Part shown: positions 50,951 through 63,704 of the stretch, in pieces
Position numbering within the stretch: the first letter of the stretch is position 1
How the letters are laid out: each line of letters opens with the position of its first letter
NCBI RefSeq assembly: GCF_963921235.1
Contig: NC_086108.1
Span: 56,050,001-56,114,000, forward strand
Reading direction: 5' to 3'
Source: Mobula hypostoma
Taxonomy: Eukaryota
Length of the DNA: 64,000 nt
Notes under the pieces: generated by a model
Told to the model about the DNA's origin: nothing
The model's input: only the letters and a program-made list of their open reading frames with translations
Database searches by the model: none
Program-made: the position numbers and the translations under genes

Positions 50951-52599
50951 TGCAGGAGAGTAAAATTAGTCAGCTGAGGGTATAAACTGCCTATTATGTG
51001 CTATAATATTGAATGATTCTAACAGATAGAAACTGAAAAAATAGAGCAATCATATTCTTTTCCTGATGTACAACTGCATACGTAAGCAACAATGCTTATA
51101 CCAGGAAATTTCTCAGATAAGTGGTAGGTACACATTAAAAGCTCTTGCAGTAGTAGATAGAAAGCTCTGTAATTATCACATGAATTTCATATTTGTGTCC
51201 CAAGCTTGATAGAAGGAAAACAAATTTTTCTCTATTTTCTTCATTTCCTTCTGATAGAATAATTCAATATTATTATCATTGAAACCAGCAATTAATACAA
51301 ATCTGTTATACTGTTTTTCACTGATATAAATCAATTGATCTAATTCTACTCTCCTGCTCAGCCTCCATATCCATTAATGTGATTCTTTCTCAAACAAATA
51401 TGTAATTACCTTTGAAAAGAGCTTGTAGCCATTAATTTTGATTTTGTAGGTCAATAGTAAAAGGGAATCGTTTTAAAATATGTTGACATGAATAGCTGTC
51501 AGCATTCAGGAAGTCAAATCGAATAAGAGAGTTCAAACATGGAGCAATAGAAAAAAATCTGAATCAGGTTTATTACCACTGACATTTTGTAGAATTTGTT
51601 GTTTCATGGCAGCAGTGCAATGCAAGATGTAAAAACTACTGTAAGTTAAATAAAAAAATGAATAAAGAAATTCAGTATTTCAGCTGTAAGCCAAAAATAC
51701 ATATTAGTAGAAGGCCTCAAAATCATCATCAAAATAAAATGAGAATCTCCTTCACATTTTTATAATCTGTTCTAAACAAATGAATCAAAATTAAACTGCA
51801 TTCATTAATGTCATGAGTGATGTTTCAACATGCAGTTCAAAACATGTGTTTAACACAAATAGAGGTTCCCATATTTAGCAGCAGGAAGGAAGTCTCCATC
51901 TGTATTAGGGCAATCCGATATTTGCAAGTTAGTTACTGTTGATTTACATTGTTCTGTTAGGGCAAAGATGTAGTGGGGATCTCCAGACTGTGAATCCTGC
52001 AGAGAGTGCTGAAGCAGAAGGAAAGGATGTTTGTCTTCAGCAAAAATGTCTGGTTATGATTCCCCTAGGAGTGCAGCATTAGAGAAGGCAGTATTCAAGT
52101 CTTTTTTTAAAATAGAACTTTCAGAGACATGGCCAGAATAATTATGAAATAAAATATCAAACCTGACTGAAATAAAAACTGCCGAGAGAAAGCTCAATGC
52201 CAAAAGTTTACAATTTATAATACATTGAGTTCTTGGCAACTTATATTAAAAAGTGTTATAAAAATGTAATATCCAGGAAGAAATGGCTTATGGGGTAAGA
52301 TACAGATTTTTAACACCAGTGCATAGATTTGCCTCCATTACCCACTAATAAAACAAATTTCTCTTTTTCTTTCCATTTTTTTTTCCTGGCAGTGATCTTG
52401 CTGCTTCGAATGGAGCTGTGTAGCCTTAATTCTGTTTTGCAGTAGAATTTAGACCTGTTATTTAACAAGGGTAACAGAGAAGTCACCAGATAATTTATAC
52501 AGGAAAAGTTGTTGTGGTACATTTTTTTTCTTCAGACATTTAAACTAAGGTTATTTCATTTTTCATGTTTAGAAATTATGATGGGATAATTGCATATAA

Positions 52600-54150
52600 A
52601 AAAGATAAGCGGATATGTTAAGCTGACTAATTAAAATGAAATAAGATAAAACTCCCAGCCCAGATGGATTGCAACCACATATTTTAAAAGAATCCAGGAA
52701 AGGGGAAAAAGAAGATCATTACTGTACAAATTTAATCAATTGTTTGTAAAAGGTGTTGACCTGGAGGACTGGCTGGCTGTTAACATGGTTAGGAAGGAGG
52801 TTAAAACATGTTGAGGTTATTATAAGATCAGCCTGCTTAATGTCTGATGGATTTCCATCTGGTTTAAAGATAGAAAACTGAGAGCGGGAGTAATGGGTAG
52901 CAACCACAGTGGAAAACTATAGTTAGTGAGATTCCACAAGACATTTTGCTGGGTCCTCTGCTGTTTATAATCTACAATTTGCAACTTAAACTTTGGAATA
53001 AAAGATATATTTTCTAAATTGCAGATAATACTAAATTGTGGGGAAAGAATAGATACCTAGGAAATTGCAAGGAAATACAGAAAAGTGTTCAAAATGTTTC
53101 AAGTAATTAGCAATTAATGTTTAACACAGATAAATGCCAGGTAATCCCTTTATTAACTTAGAATATATGAATAGAGGAGCGGAGTTGACAACATTAATGA
53201 ATGTATTCGATTTAATATATTGGTTCAGCCCTGTTTTGTTCTGTTTGTTTTTTTTTGTTTTTTGGGGAGGGGTTCCTTGTGATTTTTTTTCTTTTTATTT
53301 TTTTTCTCTTCGTGATCAATTATAGCTAGAGTTTGGAAGTTTATTACACCTGTATTATTTGTAATTTCTCTTGTATATGTTTATTATCAATAATGTAATT
53401 CCAATCTCTTTATATCACTGCTGTTATTATGTTTATGAACTTGAAAACTAATAAAAAGATTTAAAAAGAGAGAAAGATAAAAGCCAGGTAGTACTCTTAG
53501 TGGGAGGAATAGAGAAATCACATCAGTTGGAAAGTACAACTCCAGTTGGGTTGGAGAAACAAAGGGATTTCTGAGTATAAACCAATCACTGTAAGTTGCA
53601 CCACAGGTTAACAAGACAATTATAAACTTAGACCAAATCAAAGAATTTATATAAAGAAGGATAGATTTACAAAGTATAGGAGACACAAAACCTGGATTTA
53701 ACATTGATTAAACCACACTAGGACTACTGTACTGAGTTCTGGTTGGCAAATAATTGAAAGGGTAGAGACACAGGGGAGGTACAGAGAAGATTTACAAGGA
53801 TATTGCAAAGAATAGGAGGAAATGCATATCAAGAAAGGATGAATAGATGAGCTCTCTTTTCTCAGGAAATGGGGAGCCTCAGGGGTGACAAATCAACATC
53901 TTTAAAATTGTGAAAAAAATTGATAGAATGTAGATAGAGAGGGTTTTTGTTCCCTGTTCATGGAATGGTTGTAAGGAGAAGCCATTAATCTAAGGAAGTA
54001 TCCAGTAGGGAATTCAAAGGAAGTGTCTTGATTGAATGAGTGGTGAGGGTGTGCAGCTGGCTACCACAGGATACTGTTAAGAAGATGTATATAGGGAGAG
54101 GCTGGGCCAACACAAAAGGAGAAGAGAACAATCTAAATTGATAGATGGGG
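52600..54150 (+). mobile_element. Very old CR1-like LINE remnant
   Basis: Scattered RT remnants (LLGPLLFIIY, gcagataatactaaa, gtacagagaagatttacaagg, aggggtgac). Boundaries approximate. Confidence 0.55.
53144..53474 (+). mobile_element. L1/Tx1-like 3' end with 16-bp TSD
   Basis: T-rich UTR, aataaa and an A/G-rich tail. Flanks agataaatgccaggta (53128-53143) and agataaaagccaggta (53475-53490). Family is inferred. Confidence 0.7.
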
Positions 54151-54175
54151 CAGCAATTACCTAGTTTAGATTCGT

Positions 54176-55028
54176 AAACACAAAATAATCCGCAGATGCT
54201 GGGGTCAAAGCAACACTCACAACACGCTAGAGGAACTCAGCAGATTGGGCAGCATCTGTGGAAAAGATCAGTCGACATTTCGGGCCGGAACCCTTCGTCA
54301 GGACTGCAGAAGGAAGAGGCAGAGGCCCTATAAAGAAGGTGGGGGGAGGGTGGGAAGGAGAAGGCTGGTAGGTTCCCAGTGAAGAACCAGTAAGGGGAAA
54401 GATAAAGGGGTGGGGGAAGGGAGGCAGGGAGGTGATAGGCAGGAAAGGTGAAGAAAGGATAGGGGAAAACACAGTGGGTAGTAGAAGGAGGCGGAACCAA
54501 GAGGGAGGTGGTAGGCAGCTGGGGGAGGGGGCAGAGTGACATAGGGATAGGGGAAGGGAGGGGGAGGGAATTACCGGAAGTTGGAGAATTCTATGTTCAT
54601 ACCAAGGCAACACCTCATATACCATCTAGGTAGTCTCCAGCCCCTTTGTATGAACATAGAATTCTCCAACTTCCGGTAATTCCCGCCCCCTCCCTTCCCC
54701 TATCCCTATGTCACTCTGCCCCCTCCCCCAGCTGCCTACCACCTCCCTCTTGGTTCCGCCTCCTTCTACTACCCACTGTGTTTTCCCCTATCCTTTCTTC
54801 ACCTTCCCTGCCTATCACCTCCCTTCCCCCACCCCTTTATCTTTCCCCTTACTGGTTTTTCTCCTGGAACCTACCAGCCTTCTCCTTCCCACCCTCCCCC
54901 CACCTTCTTTATAGGGCTTCTGCCCCTTCCCCCTGCAGTCCTGACAAAGGGTTCCGGCCCGAAACGTCGACCGATCTTTTCCACGAATGCTGCCTGACCT
55001 GCTGAGTTCCTCCAGCGTGTTGTGAGTG
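54176..55028. mobile_element. Large Penelope fold-back insertion with about 390-bp arms and a 35-nt spacer
   Basis: Arms 54213-54607 and 54643-55029. The spacer and right arm read QHLIYHLGSLQPLCMNIEFSNFR* (GIY-YIG C-terminus). TSD tagtttagattcgt / tagcttagatttgt. Confidence 0.95.
54269..54306 (-). ncRNA. Hammerhead ribozyme motif in the left arm (core intact, stem III ATGT variant)
   Basis: Reverse complement reads cagtc-CTGACGA-a-gggt-tccg-gccc-GAAA-tg-TC-gactg. The right-arm copy at 54936-54972 has CTGACAA (G8>A). Confidence 0.65.
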
Positions 55029-55818
55029 TAGCTTAGATTTGTTCTGGTTTTGTCAACTAGATATACCTGTGTAATATTTCACACACTCAGATAGAAAATT
55101 CATATTGAAACAAGGCTCATTCTGGAATACAAATCTTCAGCTTAAGTATTATCCTGCCCAGTGATCTTTCCAGTACACTTAGCCATTTCTTAACATCTCA
55201 TAAACAGTACTGGTAAATTATTTTGTGAATTACAAGTTGTAACTGATAACCTAACTCTACGGCTTGAAATAATTGCAAAAGTTTTGGAAGTGTAGTCTCA
55301 ATTAGAATTTCAATTAAATTGAACATATTGAGGGGGTGATAGGGCTGGGTAGGGAATCTAGGAATCTTCCCAGTGTGTGACTTACGCTGCTAAGGACACC
55401 AGGCATAGCATTATCAGCAAACTCCCTTCACATTACATAACTCACTGACCTGGAAATGCATGAGTCCTTCTTTACCACCATCATTTATCTCCCTCCCGAT
55501 GCATCGTGGGAGACCGTTCATTTCAAGCAGTACAGCAATCCAAGAAGGCGTCTCATCACACCCTCTCAAGGAAAATTAGTAAAGGGCCTTCTCTGTTGAC
55601 ATCAGCAGCAATGCCCACATCCTGTGAGAGTATCAAGGAAGGGCCTGAGAATCTGCTCTACTGTCCTCTATTTATGAACCAGGCATGGCAGTGTAGCAGC
55701 TGCTTTGCTTTCCTATTTTAAATAATGAACAAAATGTGTCCGTGGATGAAGCTGTAGGAAATCACTAACGGTTAAATAGCTTCCTAACTTTTCATTCTGT
55801 TACTTGTCTGATTTTCAG

Positions 55819-55876
55819 AATTCCCCCGAAGTTGATGATGAAGGATACAGTATCAGGCCAGATGACAAATCAGGTT
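55819..55876 (+). CDS. SGIP1: SGIP1 58-nt exon: NSPEVDDEGYSIRPDDKSG(S), containing the FCHO/SGIP1 DxEGYSIRP motif
   Basis: ctgattttcag| acceptor. The exon ends at the U12-type donor |ATATCCTTT, and the frame joins the next exon through the AT-AC junction. Confidence 0.92.
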
Positions 55877-57827
55877 ATATCCTTTTGATATCAGTTGGCA
55901 CAGATGCTGCCTGCTCTAGTGCTTGGTTTATCATTTTCTGTTTTCCATCATAGATTTCCTGTATCCTGTTTTCTTTTCATTTGTTGTCATTGTCAAAAAT
56001 GCACTGAGGATATTGTAGTTTTGATGAACTGCTATAAGGTGGGTGACATTCCATTACAGGTGTACGATTGGTGAAAGCATTTCCATTTAGGAGATTGTCA
56101 CCATTTTTCAATGTTCGGCCTTTTAATGAGATGTAGGATTTCAAAATATTAAATGCAGCACCAGTTTTCTTGTAAACATTATTTGAAAACTCCATTAGCA
56201 CCTTATTAATGTTGGTTATTTTTACACTCCACTTTATTTTTCCCTTCTGACTGGTGATACTGACTCATGCTAGAAGAAAATTTCACAGGCACAATTTCCT
56301 ATCCAGTAACTCTTACGCACACAAAAGGAACATCTTGGGAAATAGAAACAGAAGTAGATACTGGATGGCACCTTGGGCCTGCTCTTTCATTCGGTAAATT
56401 CACGGTTAATCCTGTTCTGTGGGTCACATCCTCTTATTTACTTAACATCCAGATTTAATATTCTCAGCCTTCTTCCTAAAAGTTTTACAAGCTTCTGCAT
56501 AAAAACATCTGTTTATAATGCAGAGGTCCCTTAATCCTGAGCCCACACCCTCTGCTTTTAGTCTCAACCAGAAGAAATTGCCACTTGCTAATTACCTTGT
56601 CAGTCCCTCTATTAATGTGGTGTATTTTGTTCAGATCAGCTGAATTCTAATGGGTAAAGGGCAGTTGTAGTCTGTCTTTCCTTAACGGAAAGACCATGCA
56701 CTTCTGCAACCAATGTGTGCTGAACTGATTCCACACAAACACTCACTTTTCTAGATACGGAGATCAAAACTGCAGTCACCAATTGCCACGAAGCTGTTGT
56801 TCAATCACAGCAAGACATCATTACTTTTCTACTCCAACCACTTTGCCATAAAGACCAACATGTGTTTGCTTTCCAAACATGCGGCTTACATGAATCTGTA
56901 CACTGAGATTCCTTCGTATATCATTTGCCTGTCCAGCACTTACATTTTCCAGCAAGGGTCTGATTCTTATTGTACATTCTAAAACTGTGATATCCTGAAG
57001 TATTGAAGAAATATGAAAATTATTATTTCTCAGCAGAAACTCACATTTGAGATTCATGTTTATTAATCAGAGGTACCATGAGATGTGTATCCCCTGTCTA
57101 CCACCATTTACTCAATCCTACCACACCGTGGTCCCAGTTGTCTAGCTAAACATGAGTTGCAGCTGCAGATACTTAAAAAGAATGAAGAAAAGTGGTGGCT
57201 TATCACAGGCAGCCAAAACTTTCTAAGGGGCTTTTGGAATAGTTTAACGCCAGCAGTAGTCGGCTGAATTAGGTCTGTCTAGAGCTCCCTCATAAAAATC
57301 AGGGGAGCAGAGCAGTGAACATGTAGCACTCTTGCAATTCTGCTTTAACTTTAGAATGTACAAAACCACCGCGTATGAGCTGAGTATTCCACAGCATATG
57401 GCAAAGTATCTACTGCAAAGCAGTTGCATGCTGTGTGCTCACTGGATCAAATAAGTTTGCTTTTGACCATTGTAGTTGACAAGGTAGGAATTAAGGAGGG
57501 AGAATATATTTGTCAGATTACCCCTTTATTATCAGTCACCAGAAGTGGCCTGTCTATTTCTGTTTGTTTACAGTACTCGAATTAGTGTGATTCCTGATCA
57601 ACGTCCTTATCACTTAATGAGAAAGGAACCTAGAAGTTTAGGATGCCATGGTAAGAAGATTGTGAGAGAAATGAGACTGCCACTTTATTATGATTTGCAG
57701 CAAATTCTTCAACCATATTTTCTACACAGTACTGATTACTAACCCCTCCATCTGTTCATGTTAATTGGCATTGTAAATGCTTTACAGATACTGTCCCCAC
57801 CCCCAATCCCTGTCTTCAAGATACCGC

Positions 57828-58702
57828 ACTTTGTGGCCAAGTTTGAAGATGATATAATGACAGGTGGAAGGACAGGTTGTACTGATAAAACAGGGAGGCT
57901 GAGAAAGGACTTGGATAGGTTGAGAGAATGAGCAGATGGAATATAGTGTAGAGAAGTGTTTGGTCATGCACTTTGGTAGAAGGAATAAAGGCATAGACTA
58001 TTCTCTAAATGGGGAGAGAATTCAGGAATTGGAGGTGTAAAGATTCCTTAAAAGCTAACTTGCAGACTCAGTCAATAGGCAGAATGTAAATGCAATTATA
58101 GCATTCATTTAAAGAGGACTAGAACATAAAAGCAAAGATATAAAATCTCAGCATTACAAGGCATTAGTCAGACCACATTTAGAGTATTGCGAACAGCTAA
58201 GGACCCGCTAGCACTGCAGAGGGTCCAGAGGAGATTCACGAGAATGATCCCGAAAATGAAAGGGTTAATGCATGAGGACAGTTAATGACATGGCATTTAG
58301 GAGATGAGGTTGGGGGGAGGGCAAGATTTCATTGAAGCCTACTGAATATTGAAAGGCAGGGATAGAGTGGGTGTAGAGGATTTTTCTAGTAGTGGGGGAA
58401 TTTAGGTCTAGAAGCCACATCCTCAGAATAAAAGGACATCCCTTTTGAATAGAGATGAGGAAGGACTTGTTTAGCCAGAGGGTGGTGGATCTATGAAATT
58501 CACTGCTACAGATGGCTGCAGAGGCCAAGTCATTGGTTACATTTAAAGTAGAGGTTGAAAGATGTTTTTCAGTAAGGATGCCAAAGATTACGGGGAGAAG
58601 GCAGGAGAATGGGGTTAAGAGGGAATAATAAATCAGCCGTGGTCAAATGGAGGAGTACACTTGATGGGCTGAATGCCCTTGTTTTGTTCCTATATCTTAT
58701 AG
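57828..58702 (+). mobile_element. CR1 LINE 3' part, degraded
   Basis: VAKFEDD, LVMHFGRRNKG, LVRPHLEYC and the 3' UTR ending cctatatcttat. Confidence 0.85.
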
Positions 58703-58705
58703 CGT

Positions 58706-60160
58706 TAAACACAAAGGATTCTGCACATGCTGGAAATCCAGAGCAACACACACAAAGTGCTGGAGGAACTCAGCAGGTCAGGCAGCATCTATGGAAATGA
58801 ATAAACAGTCGACGTTTCAGGCCAAGACCCTTCATCAGGACTGAAAAGGAAAATAGAACATGCCAGAATAAAAGGTTGAGGGAAAGTGAAGGAGGACAAA
58901 CTAGAGGGTGATAGGTGCAGCCAGGTGGGTGGGGGAGGGGATGAAGTAAGAGGATGGGAGATGATATGTGAAAAAAGCAAAGTGCAGGAGAAGGAGGAAA
59001 CTGATAGGAGAGAAGAGGAGACTGTGAGAGAAAGGGAAGGAGGAGGGTTTCCAGCAGGAGGTGATAGGCAGGTGAGGAGAAAAGTTAGGAGTCCAGAGTG
59101 GGGAATAGAAGAAGAGAGAAGAGGGACGGAAAGGAGAAATTACCAGAAGGAGAAATCAATGTTCATGCCATCAGGTAGGAGGCTACCTCCACCCTGAGAG
59201 TGGCCTCTTTGTGGCAGGACAGGAAGCCATGGACCAACATGTTGGAATGAGAATGATGATAGGAATTAAAATGCTTGCTCACCGGGAAGTTCTGCTTTTT
59301 GCAGCCTGAGCGAAGATGCTTGACTAAGCAGTCCCCCACCCTACATCAGGTCTCACCAGTGTGAGAGGCTGCATCCAGAGCACTGGATACAGTAGAGGAC
59401 CCCAAGAGATTTGCAGGCAAAGTGTTACCTCACGGGGAAGGACCCTTTGGAGCCCTGAATAGATGAGGTGAATGGGCAGGTGTAGCATTTCTGTTGCTGG
59501 CAAGGACATGTGCCAGGAGGAAGATTAGTGAGGAGGGACGAATGGACAAGGAAATCCTGGAGGGACTGAACACTGTGGAAAATAGGTGTTTGGTGGTAGA
59601 ATCCCACTGAAGACGGTGGAAGTTGCGGAGAATGAGGTGTTGGATGCAGAAGCTCATGGGGTGGTAGGTGAGGGCAAGAGGAACTCTGTCCCTGTTAAGG
59701 CAGCAAGAAAATGGGGTGAACGCAGATGTGCGGGAAATGGAGGCGATGCGGAAAGTTTCAGTAATGGAGGAAGCGAATGCCAGGAGTTTGAAGAAGGAGA
59801 ACACCTCTGATGTATAGGAAAGGGAAGCTGCATCCTGAGAATAGATGCAGCGGATACGAAGGAACTGAGAAAAGGGAATAGCATTTTTACAGGACACAGG
59901 GTGGGAGGGGGTATAGTCAAGATAGCCATGGGAATCGGTAGGCTTATAAAAGATATTGATAGACAAGTTATGTCCAGAGATGGAGACAGGAAGAGAAAGA
60001 TGTCAGAAATGGATCAATTGAATTTAGGAGCAGGGTGCAATTTGGAGGCAAAGTTGATGAAACTGACAAGCTCAGCTTGGGTGCATGAAGCAGCACCAAT
60101 GCAGTTATCATGTAGAACAGAAAGATTTGGGGAGCATAACCAGGGAAGCTTGGAACATGG
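58706..60160 (-). mobile_element. Longest Penelope-like element copy: RT C-terminus, GIY-YIG endonuclease and terminal repeat (pseudogenised)
   Basis: Reverse ORFs 60014..60199 (DNCIGA, FINFASKLHP) and 59430..59966 (FYKPTDSHGYLDYTPSHP, AIPFSQFLRIRCI), plus CYTCP and GIY-YIG remnants. Confidence 0.93.
58806..58843 (-). ncRNA. Hammerhead ribozyme motif (intact core)
   Basis: Reverse complement reads cagtc-CTGATGA-a-gggt-cttg-gcct-GAAA-cg-TC-gactg. Confidence 0.72.
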
Positions 60161-61227
60161 ATTTATAGTTTTCTGTTGTTGCCTCCTCTCAGGCAACATT
60201 CACCTTCTGCCCTGCCACTCAGATTTCAACATCTTCACAAGAAACCCACTTGTGCTTCTGAACATGATATATGACTACAATATCAATCTGCATTATTTTG
60301 CATGGTTGACCAAAACCATTCTGTTCCTGTATCACCTCTCCTTTGTTCAGTTTAGTCCAATAGCCATCAACAGTAATATATCTGCAAGTTACTTAAACCA
60401 TTTGCATGTTGAGCCTTCAAACTGCCAGACTGAATGACCGTGACGATATTACATTGCTGTAAGGAAGGCACACTACCTTGACTCCACTGTGCAATCAGGT
60501 ATGAGAATATGAATAAGTTCACAAGGAACAGCATGTCCATGTTTTAACGTACACTACACTTTAATCTTCCCAGTTTTTCCCAGAACATATAAAGTAGCGT
60601 ACTCTCTACTGAGTAACATTATGCAATGAATCCCTTTAGAATGCATTTGTACTCTCCTTCCTTCTATGACTTATGCATTCCCTTTATGCAGAATCATCAT
60701 GGATGATAACTAGTTCTACCTAAATCCTTAAGGCCTCTTCTACTCTAACTTCAGATGACTTGATGTTAACCATTCTTTAATAAACTAAAGTCTTCTGCAG
60801 CAAAACAGTGGTAGGATTAAAGATATTTACTTTAAATTAAGAGAAGGATGGAATACTCAAACAGAATATCCTTTCTGTTAGTTCCATTCTCCTTGCTATG
60901 CTTCAGGTTGAATTGGACTGTTAAAGACTTCAGATCCGACTCAATCCTGAGATGAGCTCTATGTGTAAGCACACACCATGACAAACACTGTTTACTTTCA
61001 ATCTCATTGTTTCCTCCTCTGCTATAAACATCCCTCCACAGCTGAAAACCTTGTTTGTTCCTTTGACTTCTCCAAATTGTGCTACCTTGCCAGTTTTTAA
61101 CACCATTCTGTGGAAATTTCAATTCTTACTATATCCTACCACAAATTATATCTCCAATCAAGACTCTCACCTGTCATTCCTGCTGAAAGTAGTTAGGTTT
61201 CAATCCCCAAATATTTAAAATTCATGA

Positions 61228-61676
61228 AACATACATCAAAGTTGCTGGTGAACGCAGCAGGCCAAGCAGCATCTATAGGAAGAGGCGCAGTCGACGTTTC
61301 AGGCCGAGACCCTTCGTCAGGACTAACTGAAGGAAGAGTGAGTAAGGGATTTGAAAGCTGGAGGGGGAGGGGGAGATGCAAAATGATAGGAGAAGACAGG
61401 AGGGGGAGGGATAGAGCCGAGAGCTGGACAGGTGATAGGCAAAAGGGGATACGAGAGGATCATGGGACAGGAGGCCTAGGGAGAAAGACGGGGGGGGTGG
61501 GGTGACCCAGAGGATGGGCAAGAGGTATATTCAGAGGGACAGAGGGAGAAAAAGGAGAGTGAGAGAAAGAATGTGTGCATAAAAATGAGTAACAGCTGGG
61601 GTACGAGGGGGAGGTGGGGCCTAGCGGAAGTTAGTTGCTTGAATTTCCAGCATCTGCAGAATTCCTGTTGTTTGCG
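61228..61676. mobile_element. Penelope insertion: about 405-bp minus-strand repeat plus an inverted 43-bp tail, with a perfect 14-bp TSD
   Basis: tttaaaattcatga at 61214-61227 and 61677-61690. The right end gttgcttgaatttccagcatctgcagaattcctg is in the opposite orientation. Confidence 0.92.
61289..61324 (-). ncRNA. Hammerhead ribozyme motif (intact core) inside the U12 intron, antisense
   Basis: Reverse complement reads agtc-CTGACGA-a-gggt-ctcg-gcct-GAAA-cg-TC-gact. Confidence 0.75.
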
Positions 61677-63116
61677 TTTAAAATTCATGATGTCACTCTC
61701 CTACCCTGTCACCATCACCACATCCATTCCTCTCACCGATCCATTGAAGTATTCCTTACTCCACCAAGGTCAGCTGTGTCTTTGTACAAACACACGGGCA
61801 GACAAATCAGAAATAGGAATGGACCATTTGGCCTCTAAAGCTGAATAAGAGTGTAATTGATCTGGTTGTAGCTGCTTGCTGGCGTATTGGCAGTATCTTT
61901 CATCCCTTTGCTTAGCTAGAATCTGTCTACCTATTCAAAGATTCTGTTTATATTCCTCATTGAGAATGAGAGGTCCAAACTTTACTTCATCCCTATCTCA
62001 CAAGGGGACCTTTTATTTTTAAACGGTGACCTTTGGTTTTACATTCTCTCATGAGAGGAAGAATCATCTCCACATCCACTGATTCAATTCCCCTCAGGAT
62101 CTTATAGATCTCAATCAAACCTGCTCTCACACTCTTTTAAACTCCAGATGCATGTCTTATCTGTCCCATCTTTCCTTAGAAAGCACCCTGCTAAACTAAA
62201 TTATTAATCAAGTAATCTTTATCTAAACTGCTTCCAGGCAATTATTGTCCATCCCTCATGTGCATGTGCCCCATGATTTGAAATGCCTTATCTATATACA
62301 GTATTTCCAGCTCCAACTCTGATGTAAGAATACTTATCAATTACTGTTTTGTTATGCCCTCCTGCTTTCTTCTTTGGCTCACACAAAAGCTTTTCCTTAC
62401 TCACTCAACAGTTTGTTCTGCTTATTAAACGAGGGAGAACAAAATGTATCGTAGAGAAGCAATTGGAACTGGAGAAGGCAAAAGATGCTTGTCCAAGTCC
62501 CAGCTTGAGGCATTATGTCTCTTCACCTGATATCACTTCCAAAAGCAGCCTGCTTACTCAGGCTTCTTAACTTATTTGACAGCATTCTGCAGGCTACATA
62601 TCTTGGCTGAGCCATGCCCAGTCCCAAAATACAATCAGCCTGGTATTCACTGATCGTGGCGGGGAAACAATTAACAGTAGCAGGCAGCAAGAATGGTGGA
62701 AAAGCTTCTCAAAATGCAGCACATCCACTTCTTCCTGTCACCTGCTTGGCTTGAGAGGCAGTAGATAATCTCCAGACCCAGGCAGACACAATGCCTAGCC
62801 AGCCTTTCACTGTCCATTGAAGTTGGTAAGCTGCCAACCACATTGAGATTTGGACTCCAACATTTTTTTTCTCTGGGCTAAATCTGGGCAGTGTCACCAG
62901 TGCAGTCATTAGTTATCTTCCAAGATCTTCTAAAGTGGTCACAGTCATAGTACAGGACCCTGACACAAGTCAAACAACCTGAAGGCATGTAGAAAAGGGA
63001 CGCAGCATGTGTTATTGAGGAGAGGAAAGCAGCAGGACTGAATTAAAATTCATATTTGACTGTTTAGCTAATCTGTTATGTGTCATTTACAAAAATAATC
63101 CTTAATGACATTTCAC

Positions 63117-63295
63117 CAACCAAAGAGAAACACTTTTACTCATCAAGTGAGTCTGAGTCAGAAGAAGACACACGTCGAAAATTTAACATTAAAATTCGGC
63201 CCCTCCCAGCTAAGGATGTTACTACATGTATGGCAGCATCAGTGGATGAGCTTAAAGCCTCCGTGGGAAACATTTCTCTCTCTCCTTCTCCAATG
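63117..63295 (+). CDS. SGIP1: SGIP1 179-nt exon: (S)[59 protein letters not shown]
   Basis: Preceded by U12 branch site TCCTTAAT and tttcAC|, followed by |gtaagt. Matches SGIP1/[13 protein letters not shown]...KFNIKIKPL...VDELKASIGNI. Lies inside track ORF 63080..63370. Confidence 0.95.
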
Positions 63296-63704
63296 GTAAG
63301 TACTTCAATTTGTTTCTGTCAGTCAGCCTATTGGGAATCTAAGAATTCATTCTCTGTATATATGTGTTAATTAAGTCCAGGAACAGCATTTTCATTACTG
63401 TAATTTGTTTTTGGCCTTTTTTTTGGCCTTTTTTTTGTTTCTATTTTCGTCTTCCAGTATCTGCAGTGTTTCAATATTATTACTGCCAGTTTTCTTGACC
63501 AAATCCATTTAAAACAGATTATCTGAGACTGTTGTGCAACAAATGTACCAAGGAATCACTTTAACAGAGCCATGGATTTTTTTTGCAGCTACAAGCTGCC
63601 CTCAGATCAGGGCAGAAATTATTTCTGTTGTACTACCTGCATCGTCCTACCACTAGAAATGAATTGGAAGTGTTAAGGATAGGAAAACTATTAATTTCAT
63701 TCAG

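Larger units (their letters stand above)
55877..63116 (+). other. U12-type (minor spliceosome) AT-AC intron of SGIP1, 7240 nt
   Basis: 5' ATATCCTTT at 55877, branch site TCCTTAAT at 63099-63106, terminal AC at 63115-63116 with no polypyrimidine tract. The reading frame is preserved across the junction (t+ca = Ser). Confidence 0.93.

Noticed and set aside
55871..55880. Canonical GT donor tcag|gttata for the 55819 exon
   Set aside because: Weak U2 consensus and no matching AG acceptor at the next exon. The overlapping ATATCCTTT is a perfect U12 donor.
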